Origin: Acidimicrobiales bacterium
GTDB lineage: Bacteria; Actinomycetota; Acidimicrobiia; Acidimicrobiales; SZUA-35
DNA length: 64,000 nt
Assembly (NCBI GenBank): GCA_013003535.1
Contig: JABDIY010000137.1
Span: forward strand, 21,591 to 85,590
Reading direction: 5' to 3'
In this document: one piece after another, positions 56,409-64,000 of the stretch
How positions within the stretch are numbered: the stretch's first letter is position 1
How the letters are laid out: every line of letters starts with the position of its first letter
Position numbers and translations under genes: made by a program
The notes under the pieces: model-generated
Seen by the model: only the letters and a program-made list of their open reading frames with translations
Told to the model about the DNA's origin: nothing
Databases searched by the model: none

Positions 56409-58771
56409 TGCCGTCGCTGACCCAACTGCTCACGTCCAATGTGATCCTTGCGCAGAGTTCAACAGAGGAACTCCTGAGCGCCGCCGCCCGGATACGCGAT
56501 GGCAAACACGGTTCCAGGATCACCTACTCGCCCAAGGTCTTCATTCCACTTACGATGCTGTGTAGGGATCAGTGTGGCTACTGCACCTTCGCCCAACCGC
56601 CGGCCCGTCTCGATCACCCCTACTTGTCACCAACTGATGTTCTCAAGATCGCGCGGCGGGGCGCACGAGCCGGTTGTCACGAGGCACTGTTCACGCTCGG
56701 CGAACGACCCGAACTTCGATACCCGGCAGCCCAGGAATGGTTGACGACCAATGGTTACGAGTCCACGATCCACTACCTGGCGGCCATGGCCCAGTTGGTA
56801 CTGATGGAAACGGGACTGCTCCCCCATGCCAACGCTGGTGCTCTCTATGCCAATGAGCTTGAGATGCTTCGGCCGGTGGCAGCCAGCCAGGGAATGATGA
56901 TCGAATCCCTCCGCAGTGATCTCGTCGCGCATCGAAACGCCCCCGACAAGGATCCGGCCCGCCGACTCGCCACTCTGAATTTCGCCGGCGAAATGGCAAT
57001 TCCGTTCACCACTGGGATTCTGGTGGGGATCGGTGAGCACGAGATCGACCGAATCCATGCCTTGGACGAAATAGCGAAGTCACACCGACTGTACGGCCAC
57101 GTGCAAGAGGTCATCGTCCAAAACTTCCTTCCCAAAGAAGGAACGAGCATGTGGAAACACGACGCCTGCCCACCTGATGATTATCTTCGGGCCATCGCTC
57201 TAGCCAGGATCATCCTTCCTCCGGAGATTCATCTGCAGGCCCCTCCCAATCTGAGCGACGACTTCGGACAGCTCCTCCGGGCCGGCATCGACGATTGGGG
57301 CGGTGTCTCGCCGGTCACCGCAGACCACGTAAACCCCGAACGACCCTGGCCGGAGGTTGATCACATCCGGATGGTCACCGAACAAGCGGGATTCGTTTTG
57401 GCACCCCGTTTGACGATCTACCCCGAGTTCGCTCTCGACCCTCATACCTGGCTTCACGAGGATCTCCACTTTGCCGTAATGGATCGGGCCGAGTCGCAAC
57501 TTCTGGCCCGCGACGACCCCGGTGCTGTCTTCCCCGAAAAGGCTGAGTTCATTGCTGCCAACACCGGTACCGACGGCGCCGAGGTTGTGCTCACGGGCGA
57601 ACGAAGCACCCAGTGGTATAGCGGCAGCCCTAGCACCCCACCTCACCTTTTGAATCCCGATGCGGTACCGACCGCCAAAATGAAAGCAGTTCTGGACGGG
57701 ATCGAAGCCGGTGAGGAACCGGGGTTCAACGAATTGCTCACGCTCGTGACCGCCCGCGGGTCCGATGTCGCGGCGGTAGCCGCAGCTGCCGACCGCATGA
57801 GATTCGAGCTTGTCGGCAACGACGTCACGTATGTCAAGAACCGCAACATCAATTACACAAACGTTTGCACGTTCAAATGTCGCTTTTGCGGATTCTCCAA
57901 GGGACCACTGAGCCTCAACCTCCGCGGTACGCCTTATCTCCTGACCCTCGAGGACATGCAACAGCGAGTTGTCGAAGCGGTGGAGTTGGGCGCCACCGAG
58001 GTCTGCCTCCAAGGCGGTATCCATCCAGATTTCGACGGCGAGTATTACATCGACGTCACCAAAGCCGTCCGAGCCGTGGCACCGGACATTCACATCCACG
58101 GCTTCACCGCTCTGGAGGTCACCGAGGGAGCGAAGCGACTCGGTGAACCTCTGGATAGCTATCTCACCAGGCTCATGGAAGCCGGACAGAAGTCCCTTCC
58201 CGGAACAGCCGCCGAAATCCTCGACGACCGAGTTCGGGAAATCCTCTGCCCCGACAAGATCAACACCGAAGAATGGTTGGAGGCTCATCGAACCGCTCAC
58301 AAGGTTGGTTTGTTCAGCAACGTGACGATGATGTTCGGGTCAGTCGAGCAACCCGAGAGTTGGGTGAAGCATCTGTTGCTCACTCGAGATCTGCAGATCG
58401 AGACGGGTGGGTTCACCGAGTTCGTCGGTCTGCCGTTCGTTCATATGGCGGCACCGTTATACCTCCGCAAGATGTCACGACGGGGTCCAACCTTCCGAGA
58501 GACACTGCTCATCCATGCAGTCGCTCGCCTGGCCTACGGCCCGCTTATTCCGAACATTCAGTCGGGCTGGGTGAAGATCGGCCTCGACGGTGTTCGGCAA
58601 ATGCTCCAGGCCGGATGCAATGATCTCGGGGGAACATTGATGTCAGAAAACATCAGCCGAGCCGCCGGAGCGAGCCATGGACAGGGACTCACGGCAGAAG
58701 ACTTCGAGGCTCTTGTGGCTCCGCTGGGTCGCTCCCTCGTGCAGCGGACCACCGGCTACCACCGGGTATAG
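56408..58771 (+). CDS. fbiC: Bifunctional FO synthase (CofG-CofH fusion)
   Basis: Two radical-SAM motifs CRDQCGYC and CTFKCRFC; DDWGGVSPVT, PGTAAEIL, NDLGGTLMSENI. Confidence 0.95.
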   Translation: MPSLTQLLTSNVILAQSSTEELLSAAARIRDGKHGSRITYSPKVFIPLTMLCRDQCGYCTFAQPPARLDHPYLSPTDVLKIARRGARAGCHEALFTLGERPELRYPAAQEWLTTNGYESTIHYLAAMAQLVLMETGLLPHANAGALYANELEMLRPVAASQGMMIESLRSDLVAHRNAPDKDPARRLATLNFAGEMAIPFTTGILVGIGEHEIDRIHALDEIAKSHRLYGHVQEVIVQNFLPKEGTSMWKHDACPPDDYLRAIALARIILPPEIHLQAPPNLSDDFGQLLRAGIDDWGGVSPVTADHVNPERPWPEVDHIRMVTEQAGFVLAPRLTIYPEFALDPHTWLHEDLHFAVMDRAESQLLARDDPGAVFPEKAEFIAANTGTDGAEVVLTGERSTQWYSGSPSTPPHLLNPDAVPTAKMKAVLDGIEAGEEPGFNELLTLVTARGSDVAAVAAAADRMRFELVGNDVTYVKNRNINYTNVCTFKCRFCGFSKGPLSLNLRGTPYLLTLEDMQQRVVEAVELGATEVCLQGGIHPDFDGEYYIDVTKAVRAVAPDIHIHGFTALEVTEGAKRLGEPLDSYLTRLMEAGQKSLPGTAAEILDDRVREILCPDKINTEEWLEAHRTAHKVGLFSNVTMMFGSVEQPESWVKHLLLTRDLQIETGGFTEFVGLPFVHMAAPLYLRKMSRRGPTFRETLLIHAVARLAYGPLIPNIQSGWVKIGLDGVRQMLQAGCNDLGGTLMSENISRAAGASHGQGLTAEDFEALVAPLGRSLVQRTTGYHRV

Positions 58772-58830
58772 CTGGACCCACGCGCCTGGGCTGGCAATTC
58801 ATGCTCAGCAAGCTCCTCATTGGGAAGATA

Positions 58831-59127
58831 TCAAAGGCGATCGATTCCGCCTGACGGAGGGGCGTGGGGCTGGGGCGCGGGTGGCATTTGCGTGCTCGTG
58901 CGGCGCACCAACCATGCCTGCAGGACTGCCACGCCAAGAGCGATCAGGCCGAAGAGCAAGAGGATGCCTGCACCGATGTTCGGATCGTTCGGGACCTCAC
59001 TGGCTGGGGTGAAGATCGAAAGCCCGACGCCCGCAAAGATCGAGACCAGTCCTGCGATACCCAACCAATACTTGCTGAAGATGTGTTTCATAACTGCAGC
59101 ATGCTGGTCTATCTGAGCTCCCACCAT
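58831..59127 (-). CDS. Small two-TM hypothetical protein
   Basis: Strong SD GGGAGG before ATG 59127; two hydrophobic segments. Confidence 0.55.
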   Translation of the reverse strand: MVGAQIDQHAAVMKHIFSKYWLGIAGLVSIFAGVGLSIFTPASEVPNDPNIGAGILLLFGLIALGVAVLQAWLVRRTSTQMPPAPQPHAPPSGGIDRL

Positions 59128-59230
59128 GGTTGACCTCCCCCAAAGATTACTAGGGGAAAAGATGAGGGCGAGGCTGCGGAGGGACGAAGCAGCACAGAGG
59201 ACCCGCCGTTCTGGTTGAGCGGAACCAATA

Positions 59231-61072
59231 TTACTGATATGTCACGATCACCGGCAGGGGCTCTACAGCGTTCACCTGGGCGGGACGAGCGGTCGGGATG
59301 TCTTCGTCGATGAAATTCTTCCATGCCCACCACAGCTCCTGGTCTGGATCCGTTGGTGCTTCCAACATGGCGCCCCAGGTCCCGTACTTCGAACCGAGAG
59401 AGCCCTGCCCGTCAACGTGAATGACAGTGGCGATCTCCGGGACCGTCTTGATCAATTCACGATCAGGAAGCATGCGAATCTGGAACTGGTGCAAGATCAG
59501 GATTTTCTGGGGCAGGTTCTCCTCCCGGACCAGCGAGGTGAGATAGTCGGTGACAGCGTTGACCTCTTCGGCGCTGACCTTGCCGATTTGGCGAAGGTGC
59601 CGTTGGTCAGGTGCGAGGCGCCACTCCGGATCCAGGGCTAGGCCAACGTTGGGCAGGCGCAGAAACTCTTCGTAGATCTTTGCTTGGGTGACGAAATCCG
59701 TCCGGCCCGGTTGTAGATCGAGAATCACCGAGACATCGTTGGCGAGCGCCGTTTCGATCCACGGGCGAAGAACCTCGACGTCCATTTCGTTGCTGTAGTT
59801 GCCATCATCACCAGCCTGGGTAGCTGCCACCGTGGCGATGATCTCGAAGCCGGGCTGCACCGGCGGTAGTCCCTCGGCCTCATAGAGGGCGGCTCGCTCG
59901 GTCACGCGTTCCACAGCTCGTTCGGGATCGGTTTCACCCAACAATCCAAGTCGGAACGTCAACGGGTTCCCGTAGTAGGCCACGATTCGGCGGTCAGGGA
60001 AGACGCGAGTCCCGCCGCCAAACAGCTCGTTCCCCGACTTCGCCAGAGCGACCTGCCATTGCGCCGTGGGGGTTGCATCAGCAGGGAGAACAACGTTGGC
60101 TCGTCCGTTCAAGAACGCCCTCAGTGCGTCAACGTCGTCAAGCGACATGGCGTTCACGTCGCCGCCTCCGGCAGTGATCGACGGTGTAGTGAGATATGCG
60201 TTCAGCGTTTCGGCAGGGTCGAACAGAACGACCGGCCCGTCGCTTGTTGGGCTGCCTGGCCCGCTGATGGAGACAAATGGAGCGATCGTTGTGCTCGGTG
60301 TCGATGATGGGACAGCAATCGTGGTATCGATCCCATCGGCTGTGGTTGACGGCTCCTCTATTGACTCCGGGCTGGTGACGTCGGTCTGCTCGACCGGAGC
60401 GACCTCATTCACCTCTGTGGTAGCGACTTCCGCCGTTGCCGGGACTTCATTATTCCCAACCGTGTCAGCATCGGGAACCGTGGTTGAGGGCGTGTCGGCC
60501 GCTCCCGCTGTAGGTGTAGGCGCTTCAGTAGTTGGGGCCACGGTGGCTGGGGCCGCGGTGCTTGCAGGCACGGTCGTGGGGGGTACTACCTCGGTGGTAG
60601 TGAGCCCGAGGTTCGACCGAAGTGTGTCGTTGAGACGGGCGCTCACCGACTCTGACAAGCCGATCGTCTGCACGGTCTGGGCTCGAACTCTGCCGATCTC
60701 GCTCACCACCGGCCCAAGATCGCCGGCGTCCTGCACCATCAACAATGGACCGCCTGCGTCAACCGCAGTCTGGGCTGCGAACCTTGCCTTGGCCTGGCTG
60801 GACGCCTGGTACACAACCACCGTGTCGACGCAGTTGAACACGCGCTCGGAAAGTTCGACCAGTCCCTCGGGAGTCGCCGTAGGCATCTCGGTGAGCCGCA
60901 GCTGGTTCGGCACTTTCGAGCACGACTCCGTCGTGGTGGTTGCGTCGAGATCGGTCGCCGGTGCAGTGGCAGCCCCGGCAACGCCGTCGCCATCGCTGGA
61001 AGGGGATGCCGTGCATGCCATCGCCACCATTGCCATGGACGCCGTCACCACCCAGAATCGCTTCAACTTCAT
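59231..61072 (-). CDS. Lipoprotein with Thr-rich linker and C-terminal TIM-barrel (glycoside-hydrolase-like) domain
   Basis: VAMAC lipobox; VAYYGNP, ILDLQPG, GLALDPEW, LHQF, HVDG. Confidence 0.7.
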   Translation of the reverse strand: MKLKRFWVVTASMAMVAMACTASPSSDGDGVAGAATAPATDLDATTTTESCSKVPNQLRLTEMPTATPEGLVELSERVFNCVDTVVVYQASSQAKARFAAQTAVDAGGPLLMVQDAGDLGPVVSEIGRVRAQTVQTIGLSESVSARLNDTLRSNLGLTTTEVVPPTTVPASTAAPATVAPTTEAPTPTAGAADTPSTTVPDADTVGNNEVPATAEVATTEVNEVAPVEQTDVTSPESIEEPSTTADGIDTTIAVPSSTPSTTIAPFVSISGPGSPTSDGPVVLFDPAETLNAYLTTPSITAGGGDVNAMSLDDVDALRAFLNGRANVVLPADATPTAQWQVALAKSGNELFGGGTRVFPDRRIVAYYGNPLTFRLGLLGETDPERAVERVTERAALYEAEGLPPVQPGFEIIATVAATQAGDDGNYSNEMDVEVLRPWIETALANDVSVILDLQPGRTDFVTQAKIYEEFLRLPNVGLALDPEWRLAPDQRHLRQIGKVSAEEVNAVTDYLTSLVREENLPQKILILHQFQIRMLPDRELIKTVPEIATVIHVDGQGSLGSKYGTWGAMLEAPTDPDQELWWAWKNFIDEDIPTARPAQVNAVEPLPVIVTYQ

Positions 61073-61140
61073 CGCACAAGACTGCTACATCGCCGGCAGG
61101 TTGCGGTGCCACACCCCCGAATTGGGACCGCCGCCACAGC

Positions 61141-62271
61141 TCAGAAGGCAGGCGAATCGTCCTCGACGAAATCTTCGGGATCGGGACCAACGTCGTGCAC
61201 CAGGCCACGTCGAGCCGGAGCGCGTCCTTCACTGGCGAGATCGTTGATCATTCTGATCATCTCGTGAAGCCGGGCGAAGCTGCGATTGTTGAATGTCATA
61301 CGCAAACGGGGAAGGGCGAGGTGGTCCTGATCACGGGTCTCAGATTTGGTGGGGCCGCTGCGGCTAATCGTCCCCTCCAAGAGAATGTCCCTAAATTCGA
61401 TGTTCAACGCGGCCAGTGATGTGTCGGTGATCTCTTGATTCATGCGAACGATGAGGTGTTTGCCGACGTAACGGATTGAGTGATAGGCGGAGTAGAAGTG
61501 GCTGACAAATTCGGCAGCTTCCTCGGCGCTGTGGGTGTGGAGATACAGACCAGTGTCGGTTGGTCCGATGCTGCCGGCCGCTTGGAGTTCTTCGTGGATG
61601 AACCGTTTGAACCCGTTCCAATATGTGGACTTCGGCTCATCTAGTAGCACGATGGGCGCCGGATAGGACTTCCCGGTCTGCATGAGCGTGAGGAGTTCGA
61701 AGCATTCGTCGAGAGTGCCGAACCCGCCGGGCATCAGAACGAAAGCATCGCTCTCCTTCATGAAGTAGAGCTTGCGGGTGAAGAAATACTTGAAGGTGGC
61801 CAGCTTCGAGTCGTTCACGATGAGGTCGATCGCATCGGCCTCGAATGGTAAGACGATGTTGACGCCGTAGCTGTTCTCCACTCCCGCGCCTTCTATTGCA
61901 GCCTGCATGACACCGGGGCCGGCACCAGAGATGATCATCCATTCTCGCTGGACGATCAATCGGCAGAACTCCGCTGCCAACTCGTAATTCGGTTCGTGAG
62001 CAGCGGTCCGGGCTGAACCGAACACGGTGCACTTGGCACGTTCGGGATCTTGGCCGAAGACTCGCGCTCCGTTGAGCATCTCCACCAAGGCTTGTGAGGC
62101 GATTTTCAGTTCCAGGCGGGAAAGCCCACCAGCGTCCATATCGAGGACCGTGACGATCAGATTACGGATCAGGTCGTCATTGGTGTCCGAACCGGTGGCG
62201 GCAATGATCTGAGTGACCATCCGATCGATTGCGGCTTCACCGAAAATGGAGCGGGCCTTTGGTGCAGTCAC
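61141..62271 (-). CDS. LOG-family nucleotide phosphoribohydrolase (extended form)
   Basis: VFGSART, GAGPGVM, YFFTRK, PGGFGTLDE. Confidence 0.88.
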   Translation of the reverse strand: MTAPKARSIFGEAAIDRMVTQIIAATGSDTNDDLIRNLIVTVLDMDAGGLSRLELKIASQALVEMLNGARVFGQDPERAKCTVFGSARTAAHEPNYELAAEFCRLIVQREWMIISGAGPGVMQAAIEGAGVENSYGVNIVLPFEADAIDLIVNDSKLATFKYFFTRKLYFMKESDAFVLMPGGFGTLDECFELLTLMQTGKSYPAPIVLLDEPKSTYWNGFKRFIHEELQAAGSIGPTDTGLYLHTHSAEEAAEFVSHFYSAYHSIRYVGKHLIVRMNQEITDTSLAALNIEFRDILLEGTISRSGPTKSETRDQDHLALPRLRMTFNNRSFARLHEMIRMINDLASEGRAPARRGLVHDVGPDPEDFVEDDSPAF

Positions 62272-62312
62272 AGCTCTACGTTAGCCACCCGCTGTGGCTG
62301 TACATTCTTCTG

Positions 62313-63128
62313 GTGACTTCCCTCGAGAACGCAGTTCAGCGCTCGCACCCAGACATCACCCCACCGGGGGTGGTCCCAGCTGCCGATGGTCACCGCTGGA
62401 TCTCTATCACGGATACCGAAAACGACGTATGGATGTTCGATGTCACCTTCCTGCTCAGCCGCTACCACTGCATCTACGGCCAGGGCTGCCCGGGGATCGA
62501 TGTGGAGCCTGACCACACTGAGGCGGTGGGGTGCTGCGTCCACGGAGCATACTTCGTGGATGATGACGACATGAACGAGACCTTCGAGTACATCAAACGC
62601 CTGACGGCTGAGGATTGGCAATTCAAGGCGATAGCCGATGCTCGAACCACTGGGAAGAAAGCGAAGAGTCACGGATCGATTCGCAAACTCAAGACTGGCG
62701 AAATGACCACAATCGTTCACGAAGATGCCTGCATTTTCCTGAACCGGGCCGATTTCGCCGGTGGAGCCGGTTGTGCGCTCCACAGTGCGGCCCTCCGGCA
62801 CGGCGAACGACCAATCGACTGGAAGCCCGACGTTTGTTGGCAGGTACCCATTCGATTGGACGTCCACACCGATGACAATGAGAAGGACACCGTGTTCATA
62901 AAAGCGTGGGACCGTAGCGACTGGGGCGGGGGTGGCGACGACTTTCACTGGTGGTGCATAGAGGAGCCCGAGGCCTATACGGCTTCAGAACCGGTCTACC
63001 TCAACGCTCGAACCGAATTGATCGGTTTTGTGGGTGAAGACATCTACGCCGAACTTGTGAGACAGCTGGACGAAATCGCAAATCAGACCGTAACCCCGGT
63101 GGCATTGATCACAAAGGCGAAGACATGA
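62313..63128 (+). CDS. Cys-rich actinobacterial conserved protein (DUF3109-like)
   Basis: CIYGQGC, GCCVHGA, ACIFLNR, GCALH, KPDVCWQVP; -10 TACATT 6 nt before GTG. Confidence 0.75.
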   Translation: MTSLENAVQRSHPDITPPGVVPAADGHRWISITDTENDVWMFDVTFLLSRYHCIYGQGCPGIDVEPDHTEAVGCCVHGAYFVDDDDMNETFEYIKRLTAEDWQFKAIADARTTGKKAKSHGSIRKLKTGEMTTIVHEDACIFLNRADFAGGAGCALHSAALRHGERPIDWKPDVCWQVPIRLDVHTDDNEKDTVFIKAWDRSDWGGGGDDFHWWCIEEPEAYTASEPVYLNARTELIGFVGEDIYAELVRQLDEIANQTVTPVALITKAKT

Positions 63129-63334
63129 GCGAACCTTGGGCACAGCCCCATCTCGAGCGGGCCCACGAGATCGCCGAGGACCTTCACAGCGTGGTCGAGC
63201 TGCTTGACGAGTTGATCGTGGACCACCTGCGCGAAGCGGTTGCAAACGAATATCAGGGTCGGCCCGAACTCGACAAACGGATGCAGTCGGCTCGGCGAGC
63301 CGTCGAAAAGGCAGCCCGACTTCTCGATCAATAG
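63125..63334 (+). CDS. Small helical hypothetical protein
   Basis: ATGA overlap with upstream gene; ARRAVEKAARLL. Confidence 0.65.
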   Translation: MSEPWAQPHLERAHEIAEDLHSVVELLDELIVDHLREAVANEYQGRPELDKRMQSARRAVEKAARLLDQ

Positions 63335-63384
63335 AAGAAAGAAGCTGGCCGGGCCCTAAACACTTCTCAATCCACTGCTAAACC

Positions 63385-64000
63385 ATGGGTCGGATTCCGC
63401 CGAAGCCATGGATACCTATGGATTTCTCAGCTGCGAACATCAAGGCCGCTTGTGCCAAAAGAGGATTGATCCCACCCGAGCACGTTGTTGAGCAGTTGGT
63501 CACCGCGCTCGACGCTGAGAAGCATGTCATCCTCACCGGTCCCCCCGGTACCGGCAAGACCACATTGGCCTACATCACCGCCGAAATCGCCCAGAAGGCC
63601 ATGATGGGCACGGGCTATCTCCCTACGACTGCTTCGTCGGAATGGACCACGTACGAGACGGTTGGCGGTTTCCAGCCCACGGCCGATGGTTTGATTTTTC
63701 GACCCGGGCTTTTCGTCGAGGCGATTATGAGCGGTGCCTGGCTCATCATCGATGAACTCAACCGGGCCAACTTCGATCGGGCGTTCGGCCCGTTCTTCAC
63801 TGTCCTCTCCGGATCGCCGGTTGTCCTTCCCTACAAGCGGGCTGGACAATCCAAGCCACTTTCCATCGCTCCTCAGGGCACCGAAGCGCCGCCGGACACC
63901 GACGTTCTCCGGGTTCCCGCATCGTGGCGAATCATCGCCACGATGAACATGTTGGACAAGAATCTCTTGTTCGACATGTCGTATGCACTCATGCGCCGCT
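63385..64000 (+). CDS. McrB-like AAA+ GTPase, 3'-truncated by window edge (absent from ORF track)
   Basis: Hand translation: HVILTGPPGTGKTT, LIIDELNRANFDRAFG, IIATMNMLD, ALMRR. Confidence 0.85.
   Translation, partial: MGRIPPKPWIPMDFSAANIKAACAKRGLIPPEHVVEQLVTALDAEKHVILTGPPGTGKTTLAYITAEIAQKAMMGTGYLPTTASSEWTTYETVGGFQPTADGLIFRPGLFVEAIMSGAWLIIDELNRANFDRAFGPFFTVLSGSPVVLPYKRAGQSKPLSIAPQGTEAPPDTDVLRVPASWRIIATMNMLDKNLLFDMSYALMRR

Noticed and set aside
57200-58300. 366-aa minus-strand ORF (and similar long shadows such as 23312-24454)
   Set aside because: Antisense to well-supported genes; expected in high-GC DNA.
60066-61247. 393-aa plus-strand ORF
   Set aside because: Antisense shadow of the Thr-rich lipoprotein; Val/Gly/Ser-rich with no motifs.

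Overview
A gene-dense, GC-rich chromosomal window, most likely from an actinobacterium of the Acidimicrobiia type (inferred from fused FbiC, TrmI, Ku/LigD, rhodanese-metZ, pervasive TANNNT leaderless starts and GYxxxxxG..FG repeats). The first ~33 kb is a cell-envelope island. It holds rfbB/rfbA, several glycosyltransferases, two sulfotransferases and a Wzm/Wzt exporter. It also carries a kinase-methyltransferase (NoeA-like) / small YLDxxTGS membrane peptide / LtaS-fold transferase trio, an amidase-MBOAT-SGNH-SGNH-SpoIID run whose two hydrolases share a DUF4214-like anchor, a GT4-methyltransferase fusion and a priming glycosyltransferase. The rest is mostly housekeeping (pepA, Ku/LigD-POL, trmI, dacB, ADP-forming acyl-CoA synthetase, metZ, tkt, tal, fbiC, LOG). 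Exceptions are a secreted protein with five repeats at an exact 92-aa period, a candidate ~85-nt sRNA, and a truncated McrB-like GTPase at the right edge. I saw no rRNA, tRNA, CRISPR array or transposase. All family assignments come from motif recognition by eye, not database searches.
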